Shown: piece after piece, positions 9,487 to 18,719 of the stretch | Numbering within the stretch: the stretch's first letter is position 1 | Layout of the letters: the number at the start of each line of letters is the position of its first letter | Virus record (IMG/VR): IMGVR_UViG_3300035688_000604 | Length of the DNA stretch: 64,000 nucleotides | Direction: 5' to 3' (one strand) | From: a virus | Lineage: Duplodnaviria; Heunggongvirae; Uroviricota; Caudoviricetes | The notes under the pieces: model-generated | What the model was told of the DNA's origin: nothing | Databases searched by the model: none | Seen by the model: the letters and a program-made list of their open reading frames with translations, nothing else | Position numbers and translations under genes: made by a program

Positions 9487-10494
9487 ATGCGATGTTCTAT
9501 AGTGATTCCAACTTACAATTCCGAAGAAAAAATCGATTGGAATCTCAAAGAACTGGTTAAAACCATCCCTAAGTCCACTGAAATAATAGTTGTGGATGAT
9601 GGCTCTTCTGATAATACGACTCAAACCGTTCATAATTTTATTTACTACCATCCAGAGAATAAAATGAAATTAATAGAGAAAGAACACACAAACCCAGCAA
9701 ACACAAGGAATGAAGGATGGAAAGAAGCAGAAGGAGATATGATAATTTTTCTTGATAGCGATTGCACTGCCACAAAAAATTGGTATACAGAGATGCTCAA
9801 ACCCTTTGAAGAAAAAGACGTAATCGCAGTCTCTGGTGTTTATCTTTCAAAACAAAAAGAATACATCTCAAGATATGTTCATGAACAGACCGAAATGAGG
9901 CAAAACAAAGTTGAAAAATATACTGATAACCTTGCAACTTACAGCCTCGCAATCAAAAAAGAGATGTTGAAAAAAGTTGGCGGTTTCCCAGAAATCTATC
10001 CGACATCATCATGCGAAGATACAGAATTCAGTTACAAATTAAGGAAGTATGGAAAATTTATCCTCAATAAAAAAGCAAAAGTCTATCATCATCACAAAAA
10101 TAGCATCAAAAGTTATCTGAAAAAACAATTCCAGCATGCGAAATATCGTGTCCTATTATATAAGAGAAAGAACCCAGTCGGTGACAAGTATGCTGGGTTC
10201 AGTGTTATGGCACAGCCATTCATGGCTCTTTTCTCGATTCTTCTTTTTCCGTTCCTTCCTTATTCATCTTTCATATTTATTTGGTTGCTCTTGGTGATTC
10301 AGATTAGAGAAACAAGAAGTAATGAATTTAAATTTTATCTTTTTTCAGTGACCATCGGGATGATAAGAGCGTATGTTTGGTTGTTTGGAATGGGAATCGG
10401 AGTGATTGAATTTTATGTTCTCAAAAAAGAAGGGTTACAGAATAGAACGGAAGATAAGGATTCTTTTGGAGAAGAGTTATTGGAAGGTTATTAG
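9487..10494 (+). CDS. family 2 glycosyltransferase (GT-A fold) with C-terminal TM segments
   Basis: N-terminal CSIVIPTYNSEEKI...VVDDGSSDNT and the DxD-type motif FLDSDC. Hydrophobic C-terminus. Confidence 0.7.
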   Translation: MRCSIVIPTYNSEEKIDWNLKELVKTIPKSTEIIVVDDGSSDNTTQTVHNFIYYHPENKMKLIEKEHTNPANTRNEGWKEAEGDMIIFLDSDCTATKNWYTEMLKPFEEKDVIAVSGVYLSKQKEYISRYVHEQTEMRQNKVEKYTDNLATYSLAIKKEMLKKVGGFPEIYPTSSCEDTEFSYKLRKYGKFILNKKAKVYHHHKNSIKSYLKKQFQHAKYRVLLYKRKNPVGDKYAGFSVMAQPFMALFSILLFPFLPYSSFIFIWLLLVIQIRETRSNEFKFYLFSVTIGMIRAYVWLFGMGIGVIEFYVLKKEGLQNRTEDKDSFGEELLEGY

Positions 10495-10741
10495 GGCTGG
10501 TGCAAGTCTTGGAGAAGCAGATTTGGTTTGTATTAAAAAAGGAAAGAGCATCTTCATCCAAGTGAAATCCACAAAGAAGAAAGTATTCTATTATTATGGT
10601 TTCATGGAAGATAAACTTGAGGGTCTGTTGTTTTATCTCGTAGTAGATTTTGGTTATGGTAAAATCAGAATACTTCCACCTCAAAAAAAAGTTTTTCCTG
10701 AAGATGGGCAGGATTTTAAAGAATTTCTTAAAAGCACTTAA
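10406..10741 (+). CDS. hjc: Holliday junction resolvase Hjc-like nuclease
   Basis: KKKGYRIERKIRILLEKSYWKVIRAGASLGEADLVCIKKGKSIFIQVKSTKKK matches the Hjc pattern KG..ER.....L...G..V.R...S....D.V....G....IE.KS. The 5' end overlaps the GT2 ORF in another frame, so the true start may lie a few codons downstream. Confidence 0.5.
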   Translation: MNFMFSKKKGYRIERKIRILLEKSYWKVIRAGASLGEADLVCIKKGKSIFIQVKSTKKKVFYYYGFMEDKLEGLLFYLVVDFGYGKIRILPPQKKVFPEDGQDFKEFLKST

Positions 10742-10770
10742 ATTTAAATTTTTAAAATAAAATTATTACT

Positions 10771-11199
10771 ATGTTAAAGGGATGCCTTTACAGGAAATTT
10801 TTCGGAGATGATAAAATGTTTGGTAAGAAAAAAAAGGAAGACGTTCAGCCTGTTCCTCAACAAGTTCCACAACAGATGCAACCAATACAACAGCCACCAT
10901 TTCAGTATCAGCAACAACCGCCAGTCCAACAGACACAATCAATGCAACCTATGATTCATCAGCAAATGGAAGAGCCAACAAAGTTTTCTATCGCAGAAAG
11001 GGGGATGACTCAAATTCCCATGACAATTGTTTCAGGTTCTGGTCAAGTCATACAGACTGGTGAGATGCAGGAAAAAGAAGTCATAAGGATAATATATAAT
11101 TTGTCGATGGATGATTTGGTTGAGATTCTTGCAGGAACACCAAAGAACTCTTCAATAAATGTTAAGATAAAAGAACTAATGAAGAGGCTGGTGAAGTAA
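10771..11199 (+). CDS. Q/P-rich low-complexity protein (likely starts at MFGKKKK, ~10816)
   Basis: PQQVPQQMQPIQQPPFQYQQQPPVQQTQ repeats. ORF of 142 aa. Confidence 0.4.
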   Translation: MLKGCLYRKFFGDDKMFGKKKKEDVQPVPQQVPQQMQPIQQPPFQYQQQPPVQQTQSMQPMIHQQMEEPTKFSIAERGMTQIPMTIVSGSGQVIQTGEMQEKEVIRIIYNLSMDDLVEILAGTPKNSSINVKIKELMKRLVK

Positions 11200-11749
11200 C
11201 ACCGAGCCTCTCATAGTATCTCACTTTGCATCGCCACTTTCTGAGTAGACTCTGGTTTCTCCTTAACGATTGTTCTTTTTCTTTCATCATTCTCAATGCA
11301 TGTTCGTATCTCTCTGTTTTTAAGTTCCTTGGCTCTTTTGGAATGGCACTCACAATTTTCCCGTTTTCAAATTTCAATCCCTCTTTTAGATTGATTTTGA
11401 ATTCCTTCGCCCAAATCATATCCATGTCACTTAATTTTATCATGTCTTCATGATGCAATCCTCTGTTGTGTCCGAGTTCATGTGTGAATATCTCTGCGAA
11501 CAAAACGCTGTCAAACTCTCTGAGTTTTTTCTTGATTTCACTTCCTTCGTTGTATTCTACTACTGGTTTCAAAACGAACATTCTTATCCAGTTGCCATTG
11601 ACCGATGCTATCCCATGAGTCGTGCAAAATCTCTTGCTGTATTCTATTATTACTGTTCTGTGATTATCCATCCCTTCTCTCCTGACACATTCGTTCATTA
11701 GTTTTTGAAAATCTTTTGTGCTCCACTCTGTTCTGTTTTTGATTTTCAT
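11162..11749 (-). CDS. metzincin-like zinc metallopeptidase
   Basis: HELGHNRGLHH matches the HExxHxxGxxH zinc-binding signature. Confidence 0.45.
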   Translation of the reverse strand: MKIKNRTEWSTKDFQKLMNECVRREGMDNHRTVIIEYSKRFCTTHGIASVNGNWIRMFVLKPVVEYNEGSEIKKKLREFDSVLFAEIFTHELGHNRGLHHEDMIKLSDMDMIWAKEFKINLKEGLKFENGKIVSAIPKEPRNLKTERYEHALRMMKEKEQSLRRNQSLLRKWRCKVRYYERLGVTSPASSLVLLS

Positions 11750-12103
11750 CTATATTCCCTTCCTGTGGCATTCACATCCACAATTTTTTACATTGCACAT
11801 TTTATGTTCACCTTTCCAACAGTCATACGAAATTCTGTTCATCTAAATCCTCTCCCAGTTTTTTATCATCTCTTCTGTTTCCACTTGAACCTTGTCTTCA
11901 ATTTGTTTCTTCTTCATGCTCATCACCTCTGCATTTTCATACTCCGAATTTTTTTCGGAATATATCATCTCTAAACTATATTTAGGAAAATAACAATTTA
12001 AAACTTTCTATAAAAAGGAGACATCTCCAACCTTCTTTAATAAAAAAAGAGGTAGGAGATAACTTTGTTTACTTTTTAGAGAGTTTTTATGACATTTTAG
12101 AAA

Positions 12104-12436
12104 CTACTTTTTTATTTTTCTAAAACCTACTCTTTTCTTTCTCGCCATCCTTGCAATCGCTCCTTTATGTCTTGAACGCAATCCTTTGAAATATGCAGGA
12201 TAGATTTCTCTCACGGTTATCATTGTCGGTGGTGCTGGTCTTCTTATTTTTATCGTCACTTCTTTCGGTGTCACTCTTTCGATTGAAATTTCTTTTGTCC
12301 CTTCAATGATGCTTATGGATTTTTTTACTTCAAGACCTTTCTTCGTCTTGTCCCATATCGGAGTGTTTGGAGACCATCCGCTCTGTATCGCATTCTGAGA
12401 AGGTCTGTCAAAATCCTTAAAGAATTTATCAAACAT
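12104..12436 (-). CDS. hypothetical basic protein
   Basis: 110 aa ORF. The reading frame stays open upstream without an ATG, so it may be longer with a non-ATG start. Confidence 0.3.
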   Translation of the reverse strand: MFDKFFKDFDRPSQNAIQSGWSPNTPIWDKTKKGLEVKKSISIIEGTKEISIERVTPKEVTIKIRRPAPPTMITVREIYPAYFKGLRSRHKGAIARMARKKRVGFRKIKK

Positions 12437-12672
12437 CGCATCTCTTGCATCAGAATAAGAATCAAACCTTCCAACTTCTTCCCTTATATCACGCTTTCCA
12501 ATCTTCGTAACTATGACTGTGAAAAATCCATCTTCTACAATAACCTCATACTCTTCCCTGAGTTTTTCATCGTATTTTCTCCCATTCAGTTATGAATGTT
12601 TGGAGCATAAACAACACAAGGAAGTGGTCTTCCACTCCTGAAGATTTCTTCAGTGTTAAAATAATCTGGTAT

Positions 12673-13248
12673 CTAATTCACCTCATCCATTCTCGATTCT
12701 TCTCCTTTCAACATCCCATACACATAATCCTTGAACCATTTTATCTCTGGTTTTGAATATGGGGATTTTAATATAAATTCTGGTTCTGGAATATGACCAT
12801 CTGATTTTGGAGACACACGAAGGACTATATTCGGTCTCATCATCCGCCATCTTTTAAATGCACTGCAACAAGAAGCGAAGAATATTATCCTCAACGCTTC
12901 CCAGTATGTCATCATGTCTTGAAAAAAATAGACATGGAATTTTTTTACAGGAATCTTTAAAATATGAAAAAAAGGAAATTTATTATCAATGTGAATTTTA
13001 TAAATAGTCTTCATCGATGAGACAAAACCTTCACAATCACCCTTCTTGAATTTTCTCTGAATATCATTCAATTCCAACAACAGGTCTTCCTTTGGAAGTC
13101 TGTCATCATAATCAAGCATAAGGCAATGCATTCCATTATTAAAAGGAGATTTATCATCAAGATTGCTACGGATACCAAGAACAGGATTCTCAAGTTTTGT
13201 AATTCTAAAATTTAGAGTAAACACTCTATTGAGAAATCTCCATTGCAT
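12673..13248 (-). CDS. hypothetical protein; weak resemblance to archaeo-eukaryotic primase (AEP) motifs
   Basis: LMLDYDD (DxD), FHVYFF (H), RVSPKSDG. Speculative. Confidence 0.3.
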   Translation of the reverse strand: MQWRFLNRVFTLNFRITKLENPVLGIRSNLDDKSPFNNGMHCLMLDYDDRLPKEDLLLELNDIQRKFKKGDCEGFVSSMKTIYKIHIDNKFPFFHILKIPVKKFHVYFFQDMMTYWEALRIIFFASCCSAFKRWRMMRPNIVLRVSPKSDGHIPEPEFILKSPYSKPEIKWFKDYVYGMLKGEESRMDEVN

Positions 13249-13352
13249 TTTTTTCCTCTCCCTTTTGAAGCATTGAAAGGGTAACTCTAACGCTCCGCTA
13301 ACTTAATCCAGAGCACCCATCTTGGTATTATATATTAGACCGATTAAATATT

Positions 13353-13535
13353 TTAAATTTTCTCTATTTGATAGGCTTCTTTTTCCAACTGCTCATCAGA
13401 AACCTCAACCTTATCCCCGAATTTCCATCTTTTCATCTTTGATTTAAACTTAGCCATTACGCTCTCGGATTTCAAAGTGTAGATAAAATTCTGACCAGTG
13501 TTAAGAACGCCCACGACTTCAAATTGCATCATCAA
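13353..13535 (-). CDS. small hypothetical protein
   Basis: 60 aa ORF. Confidence 0.25.
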   Translation of the reverse strand: MMMQFEVVGVLNTGQNFIYTLKSESVMAKFKSKMKRWKFGDKVEVSDEQLEKEAYQIEKI

Positions 13536-13618
13536 TCACCAAGCATTTAGTGAATCGGGTCGAGAGTTTTATTCTCTTCCAATCATTTAGTGATTTTTTT
13601 TCGATTCAATTCTAACTT

Positions 13619-13834
13619 TCATTCAGTAGCCAAAATCAAATCCTTCTCTAATACTGTCTTTCTCTTGCTGTTCTCAGCGATTTTCTTTGAATCACTGAAT
13701 GTCATTCTTATAAAATCTCCGACTGTAATCTCCATTCTCGCCAAAGCCTTTCCCGAAATCTTCATGTCTGGATGAAATTCATGAAACATCCTCTTCAAAG
13801 TTGCTTTAGGTATCTTTACTACCAAAACTACCAC
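13619..13834 (-). CDS. archaeal histone (histone-fold, HMf-like)
   Basis: IPKATLKRMF...ISGKALARMEITVGDFI...AENSKRKTVLEKDLILA matches histone-fold helices and the conserved RKT motif. Confidence 0.7.
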   Translation of the reverse strand: MVVLVVKIPKATLKRMFHEFHPDMKISGKALARMEITVGDFIRMTFSDSKKIAENSKRKTVLEKDLILATE

Positions 13835-13835
13835 C

Positions 13836-14048
13836 TCACAAAAGTTTTACAAGTCGCATGGACTTTTTATTCATAATCGTGACTTTCTTTTCCTGCTCAA
13901 GTTCCTCAACGACTTTTGTTATCGTTGGCGGGGCTCTATCAACCCCCCTGCTTATCTCTGAAATATTAAGGACTTTATCCTTGTTTTCCTTCAAGAAATC
14001 AATGACTTTCTTCTTCAGGTTGACATGATTTTGTTTGTTAATCCTCAT
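13836..14048 (-). CDS. small winged-helix DNA-binding protein
   Basis: 70 aa. The ISEISRGVDRAPPTITKVVEEL pattern is HTH-like. Confidence 0.4.
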   Translation of the reverse strand: MRINKQNHVNLKKKVIDFLKENKDKVLNISEISRGVDRAPPTITKVVEELEQEKKVTIMNKKSMRLVKLL

Positions 14049-14082
14049 ACGTTAAATATTAAAATTTAAACATTTAAATTTG

Positions 14083-14607
14083 TTACATTGCTTGGAACAT
14101 CTCTTTGGGTTCATCTTCCCCTTTTTTTATTATTTTTATCGCTTCTTTTGGCGTTTTAATGATAATATCAAATTTTTTAGAAAGTCTTCTCCTATCTTTT
14201 ATTATTTTCTCATTCGTTGTCACAAAAACAGTCTTTTCCTCTGGGTTATCCTGTCTTTTATTAAACATCACGCATTGCATTAACTCAGGAAAACTATCAC
14301 ATCCAACACTGGAAATATATTTGTGTCTGAATTCCTTTTCGTATTCTTCTTTCGTGAGTATGCCTTCCCTGAATACTTCTTCCATCACTGTTTTTTCAAT
14401 CCTGAAAGTATTTTTTCTTAGTCTTTCAATGAACTCCTTTTTTTTATCATCTGGAAGATTGTCTATTAAATCTAATAGTTCTGGTCTGAATTCAACCATC
14501 CCAGCACTTTTCTTCCTCAAATCTTCTACAAATTCTTTAATCTTCTTCTTCAACATCAACACCACATACATGACCACAGTTAGGACATTCCCATTTGATG
14601 GTATCAA
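14083..14607 (-). CDS. hypothetical protein
   Basis: 174 aa ORF with a TTG start in the track. A possible tiny Zn-ribbon ORF sits just upstream (about 14560-14675). Confidence 0.35.
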   Translation of the reverse strand: MIPSNGNVLTVVMYVVLMLKKKIKEFVEDLRKKSAGMVEFRPELLDLIDNLPDDKKKEFIERLRKNTFRIEKTVMEEVFREGILTKEEYEKEFRHKYISSVGCDSFPELMQCVMFNKRQDNPEEKTVFVTTNEKIIKDRRRLSKKFDIIIKTPKEAIKIIKKGEDEPKEMFQAM

Positions 14608-14658
14608 AATTAACGACAGTCCCTGTCATCTGGCTTCCGCATTCCTTGCAGACCACAC

Positions 14659-15243
14659 TCAGCGTTTCATCCACCTATCAATATTTATTATAGGAACAAA
14701 CTTGTCAAAAACACTCTTCAACGTAACTAAATCATCCTTTAAATGAACCTCTATGTTTTGTTTTATTTGGTTGTCGCCACCTAAAAATTTAAGGTAGATG
14801 TTGCTCATGTCTCTTCCCTCAAACTCTGTATTCTTCTTTATATCAAGAAACCTGCAAACATCCGCCAATGAATTCTTAGAAAGGTGCATTACATTTTTGG
14901 TAACATCATAAACATCAACCTGAAGAATGTTGCAGATTTTGGTTTTGTATTTTTCCATCCCTATTTTGTTCTTCAGAGCCCTTGCAAAAATGAACGGTAT
15001 ATCAAAATAACTACCATAGAAAGTTATGAGACATGGAGTATCTGGCAGAAAATCAAAAAACTTTTCTATAATTTCCTTCTCATTCTCTGGGTTTTCAACA
15101 AACCAAATTGATATTTCATTCTTATCATTCATCACTCCTATAGAAATCAATTGAGAAGAAGAGGCATCAAGACCAGTTGTTTCGCAATCTAAAAACAAAA
15201 CATTAGACCCATTCTTCTCCATCATCCCACCCCTCATCATCAA
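14659..15243 (-). CDS. DEDDh-type 3'-5' exonuclease (DnaQ-like fold)
   Basis: Exo I LFLDCETTGLD, Exo II YGSYFDIPFI, Exo III HLSKNSLAD. Confidence 0.6.
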   Translation of the reverse strand: MMMRGGMMEKNGSNVLFLDCETTGLDASSSQLISIGVMNDKNEISIWFVENPENEKEIIEKFFDFLPDTPCLITFYGSYFDIPFIFARALKNKIGMEKYKTKICNILQVDVYDVTKNVMHLSKNSLADVCRFLDIKKNTEFEGRDMSNIYLKFLGGDNQIKQNIEVHLKDDLVTLKSVFDKFVPIINIDRWMKR

Positions 15244-15460
15244 TTTTTTCTGTCAATTCTTTTGTTTCTTGTTTTTTTAAGTCTTTCTTTTCCTCTTTTT
15301 TTGGAATTTCTGGTTTTTTTGCTCTAACTTTAATCGATTCAACAGTTGAAAATCTATATCCGCATTTCTCACATTTCCTTCTGCGTCTTATTTTTTTCTC
15401 TGGATTTATACGGCTATCTATTACATCTGTCTTTGATTTGCATTTTGGACAGGGAAACAT
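15203..15460 (-). CDS. NrdR-like zinc-ribbon protein lacking the ATP-cone, with a K/E-rich tail
   Basis: MFPCPKCKSKTDVIDSRINPEKKIRRRRKCEKCGYRFSTVE matches the NrdR N-terminal Zn-ribbon (CPxC...VIDSR...RRRRxCxxCxxRFTTxE). Confidence 0.5.
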   Translation of the reverse strand: MFPCPKCKSKTDVIDSRINPEKKIRRRRKCEKCGYRFSTVESIKVRAKKPEIPKKEEKKDLKKQETKELTEKIDDEGWDDGEEWV

Positions 15461-15465
15461 TGTTA

Positions 15466-16317
15466 CTACTCATCCTCGCCATCGGTTATTATAGTCTTCT
15501 TTCCATTTGTAGTGACAGTCTTTTTGCTTTTCTTTTCTTCCATAAATTCCTTCTCCAGAGTGGTCTCGACTGTCGGTGCTACATAGAACGTGACTGAGAT
15601 GTTCTCATTTGCATAAGCCAACTTCAACGGGAAATCATTACCCATGCTGATTCTGACAATGCTTGATATTGGAGTCGCCTTCACAACCTTTTCAATATAG
15701 TCACGATTCAAAGATGTCATGCATGGTTCTTTGACTTGCAATTTTACAATCGCTCCACTGTTCTTTTCAACCCTAAAATCATATTCAGACATGTCACTTC
15801 TTCCAAATACTCTTAATCGGTTCTCATCAACACTGAACATCAAATTTCCACCATAATGTTTTTCGCTCTCCTTCACTACCTTCTCAAGGACTGCACTTTC
15901 CATCTCGATGTTTGATAGGAATTTCAACTGCTGTAATTGCTCTTTGGGAAATGATTTCTCTTCCAAATCCATCAACCTTATTTTTATTATCTTCATGTCT
16001 GGTTTGTTTTGAGATAAGACAAGCGTATGGTCTCCTTCTAATGAAATTGTAGTCTCCCCACTGAAGAGTTTCAAAGAATGGAAGAACTCCTGCATGTTGA
16101 TACAAATCTTTACATTGCCTTCCACTTCGTATTCCTTAAACAAACTACTCTTGAAAACTATGTCAGCCATAGTTACACTCGCCCTGTCAACGAGCATCGC
16201 TTTTATTCCTTCTGAGTCTACATTAAACACGACCTCATCAAATATCTCGTTTATCGGAGTAAGGGCATCCTTCATCTTAATTATATCTTCTATTGTTGCT
16301 TTGAACAATTCAATCAC
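15466..16317 (-). CDS. pcn: PCNA-like DNA sliding clamp (with acidic C-terminal extension)
   Basis: Matches the PCNA N-terminal pattern (F.A.....I...K.AL..I.DE..F.....GI....D.S.V.M). Confidence 0.6.
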   Translation of the reverse strand: MIELFKATIEDIIKMKDALTPINEIFDEVVFNVDSEGIKAMLVDRASVTMADIVFKSSLFKEYEVEGNVKICINMQEFFHSLKLFSGETTISLEGDHTLVLSQNKPDMKIIKIRLMDLEEKSFPKEQLQQLKFLSNIEMESAVLEKVVKESEKHYGGNLMFSVDENRLRVFGRSDMSEYDFRVEKNSGAIVKLQVKEPCMTSLNRDYIEKVVKATPISSIVRISMGNDFPLKLAYANENISVTFYVAPTVETTLEKEFMEEKKSKKTVTTNGKKTIITDGEDE

Positions 16318-16595
16318 CTCACTATTGCAACTAAAATCAATATTATGATTATGACAATTATAAACAGGAAAAACAAGAATGAACCAAGGAGACCTTTCTG
16401 ATTTTTCTTTCTTGCGAATTCAGAAACTCTCCTTTGGTCTTTTTGGATGGTGATGATTTCACTCTCCAACACGCTCAATAATTTGTTTATATTTTTACAG
16501 GCGTATCGGCTTTCACCAGCCTCTTTTAACAAATCCATAATTTCGTTCTTCAAACCTTCGACATCAACATCTATCGTTGACCTCACCTGTCCCAC
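16314..16595 (-). CDS. small protein with coiled N-terminus and C-terminal TM helix
   Basis: 93 aa ORF with a C-terminal IIVIIIILILVAIV segment. Confidence 0.35.
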   Translation of the reverse strand: MGQVRSTIDVDVEGLKNEIMDLLKEAGESRYACKNINKLLSVLESEIITIQKDQRRVSEFARKKNQKGLLGSFLFFLFIIVIIIILILVAIVR

Positions 16596-16873
16596 CCCAT
16601 TATCTCTTCAAAATATTCATATCCAACAAGAGAATCAGTCTTGCAGTAGACAACTTCTTTTGTTTGATTTGTTTTCACAAAAAAACATTTCGATAAATCT
16701 CTACAATAACAAGTGTCCATGTCTGTTTTTACATAAGACATGTTTACCATCCTGCAAACACGCTCACAATCAGCAGGTTGTGGTATTTTGTATTTTATGT
16801 ATCTATTACCAATCAATGCAATCATTACTACAATAACAATGACTACCAAAAAATACAAAACATTTTTATTCAT
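16583..16873 (-). CDS. pilin-like membrane/secreted Cys-rich protein (paralog of 16886..17188)
   Basis: N-terminal hydrophobic helix. Shared C-terminal pattern CE.xC...NMS/T.Y......C.C with its neighbour. Confidence 0.45.
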   Translation of the reverse strand: MNKNVLYFLVVIVIVVMIALIGNRYIKYKIPQPADCERVCRMVNMSYVKTDMDTCYCRDLSKCFFVKTNQTKEVVYCKTDSLVGYEYFEEIMGWDR

Positions 16874-16885
16874 CTTAATCCTCTT

Positions 16886-17188
16886 CTACGGTGCTTCTCT
16901 TATGTATTTTACAATCCAAGACTGACCTTCATCTTTGCAGTATTCCGTATTGCCTATAGTTATGCAATTTTTCTTTAACGGTTGACATTCACAATAATCG
17001 CCCCCATAATTATAGAAAGTCATGTTAGCCTTGACACATAATTGTTCGCAAAAAGTTTTTTGCTCTGGTATTGGTGTTTTCCCAAAAACCCCCATAGCCC
17101 ATAATGCACAGACAACAACGACTATTATTAATATTGCCCAACCATAGGTCATCAAATATTCTGTTGCTGTTTGACCTTTTCTCAACAA
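16886..17188 (-). CDS. archaeal type IV pilin-like protein with class III signal peptide
   Basis: MLRKGQTATEYLMTYGWAILIIVVVV matches the archaeal prepilin signal (K/R-G-Q-S/T...EYL...hydrophobic). Cys-rich globular part. Confidence 0.55.
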   Translation of the reverse strand: MLRKGQTATEYLMTYGWAILIIVVVVCALWAMGVFGKTPIPEQKTFCEQLCVKANMTFYNYGGDYCECQPLKKNCITIGNTEYCKDEGQSWIVKYIREAP

Positions 17189-17189
17189 A

Positions 17190-17474
17190 TCACCTCACGG
17201 GTATTTTTCTAACTATTCTATTCATCTCAGATTTGGCAAGAGCAATAAAACACATGCCAAAGAATAGTATCATCAAATCAAGTAAAAACTCGAACAAAAA
17301 TATATCTGAAAGTGACAATAAAAATTTTATCTGAGCAAACACCGTAAGAAAAACACCAATTGTAAAAAGAAGCAATCCAAGAACATGCGTGAATTTTACA
17401 AAATCTTTGTGTTCATTCTCTTTTTTAATTCTCGAATCCTCGATTCTTTTTCTCCATTCTTCTAAATATCCCAT
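17190..17474 (-). CDS. small membrane protein
   Basis: 94 aa with two hydrophobic helices. Confidence 0.35.
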   Translation of the reverse strand: MGYLEEWRKRIEDSRIKKENEHKDFVKFTHVLGLLLFTIGVFLTVFAQIKFLLSLSDIFLFEFLLDLMILFFGMCFIALAKSEMNRIVRKIPVR

Positions 17475-17818
17475 ATATCAAACCTCTTTGAGACTTTAAA
17501 CTCCTGAATCTTGAACGGATAATCTGCAACGATGAGGTCGAGTTGTCTCGCCTGATACCAAATCTTCACTATCTCAGGCAACCTATCGCATTTGTTGATT
17601 TCTTCATACTTGAAAGTATAACCTTCTGGAAAACACGCATAATGCCTCTGACATTTTTTGCAAAGTTTTTCTGTGAAATAATCCGCTCTGTTACCAACAT
17701 TCTCCAAGAGTCTCTTCATGAAAGAGTTTAACTCTCTTTTTTCGTTGTCTTTAGAGACTCTGCCCAAATCCTCACCACCACATTTGAACTCGGAATCTTG
17801 TGACACATCCTGAAGCAT
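17462..17818 (-). CDS. hypothetical protein
   Basis: 118 aa ORF overlapping its neighbours by a few codons. Confidence 0.35.
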   Translation of the reverse strand: MLQDVSQDSEFKCGGEDLGRVSKDNEKRELNSFMKRLLENVGNRADYFTEKLCKKCQRHYACFPEGYTFKYEEINKCDRLPEIVKIWYQARQLDLIVADYPFKIQEFKVSKRFDIWDI

Positions 17819-18132
17819 TCTATGTAGTTCATCAACAATGTCACAAAAGCGGAATATAATTTTTTTCTGTCCTCATTCTCCGTCTTGCACATCGCACTGA
17901 AAACATGAATAAGAACAGAATCAATCCATCCCAGCATATCTTCCCTTTCCTTTTTCTTGGCACTTTTCCATCTTATATCAAAGAAACCAACAGCCTGACC
18001 GATTGCCGATATGAAATAAAAAATATCATCATCACTTCCATTAGAAAGGTTTTCAACAGAGAATCTTGTCCAGTTCCATTCCTTGTCAGGTATAGCGGTT
18101 AGGAGATATTTACCTTTTGAAATCTCTGACAT
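17728..18132 (-). CDS. hypothetical protein
   Basis: 134 aa ORF. Confidence 0.35.
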   Translation of the reverse strand: MSEISKGKYLLTAIPDKEWNWTRFSVENLSNGSDDDIFYFISAIGQAVGFFDIRWKSAKKKEREDMLGWIDSVLIHVFSAMCKTENEDRKKLYSAFVTLLMNYIECFRMCHKIPSSNVVVRIWAESLKTTKKES

Positions 18133-18170
18133 AATACAATATATTGTGGTTTGACTATTTAAATTTTAAA

Positions 18171-18719
18171 TTATAAAACATCTACTTTCAAGTGATGAAT
18201 CCTTTCTTCAAGAGTAAAAGGTGAAATGATAAAAACATACAATCTTCTCAGTCCTCTAAAACCAATAAGAACATTACTAAAAACAAGAGCAGAGACGATG
18301 TTCCATTCATCCTTGTCTTTCCAATAAACTTTCGGGGTCATTTGAAAGAATTCAAGCAATCTATTCCACCATATATTCTTTGGCATTATGTTCACGACTC
18401 TTCTCTTGAAGACTCTTTCTTCTTCCTTCAAAACTCTTATAAGGTCATCATCATTGAAATGCTCAAGGAGACCATCAGTGACAACAAAATCAACGCTTTT
18501 ATTTTTTATAGGAAGATGTTTCACATCAGCGAGTATGTCTGGTCTAAATTTTCTCTCTCTGTCTAACGTAAAAACTTTACCCCCAAGACTCGATATTTTT
18601 TCGCTGATTCTTTTATAACCACATCCTAAATCAAGAGTGATTCCATTCCACTCAAAAATAGATATGAAATCGTCAACTTCTTTTCTACTGATTGATATTT
18701 TGGGGTAGTTGTCCCACAT
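18171..18719 (-). CDS. class I SAM-dependent methyltransferase
   Basis: Motif I ITLDLGCGYKRI, motif II/post-I DVKHLPIKNKSVDFVV, and LLEHF. Confidence 0.6.
   Translation of the reverse strand: MWDNYPKISISRKEVDDFISIFEWNGITLDLGCGYKRISEKISSLGGKVFTLDRERKFRPDILADVKHLPIKNKSVDFVVTDGLLEHFNDDDLIRVLKEEERVFKRRVVNIMPKNIWWNRLLEFFQMTPKVYWKDKDEWNIVSALVFSNVLIGFRGLRRLYVFIISPFTLEERIHHLKVDVL

Noticed and set aside
11226-11974. Plus-strand ORFs 11226..11453, 11450..11701 and 11705..11974
   Set aside because: They are antisense to or downstream of the metzincin-like gene, with low-complexity hydrophobic translations typical of AT-rich shadow frames.
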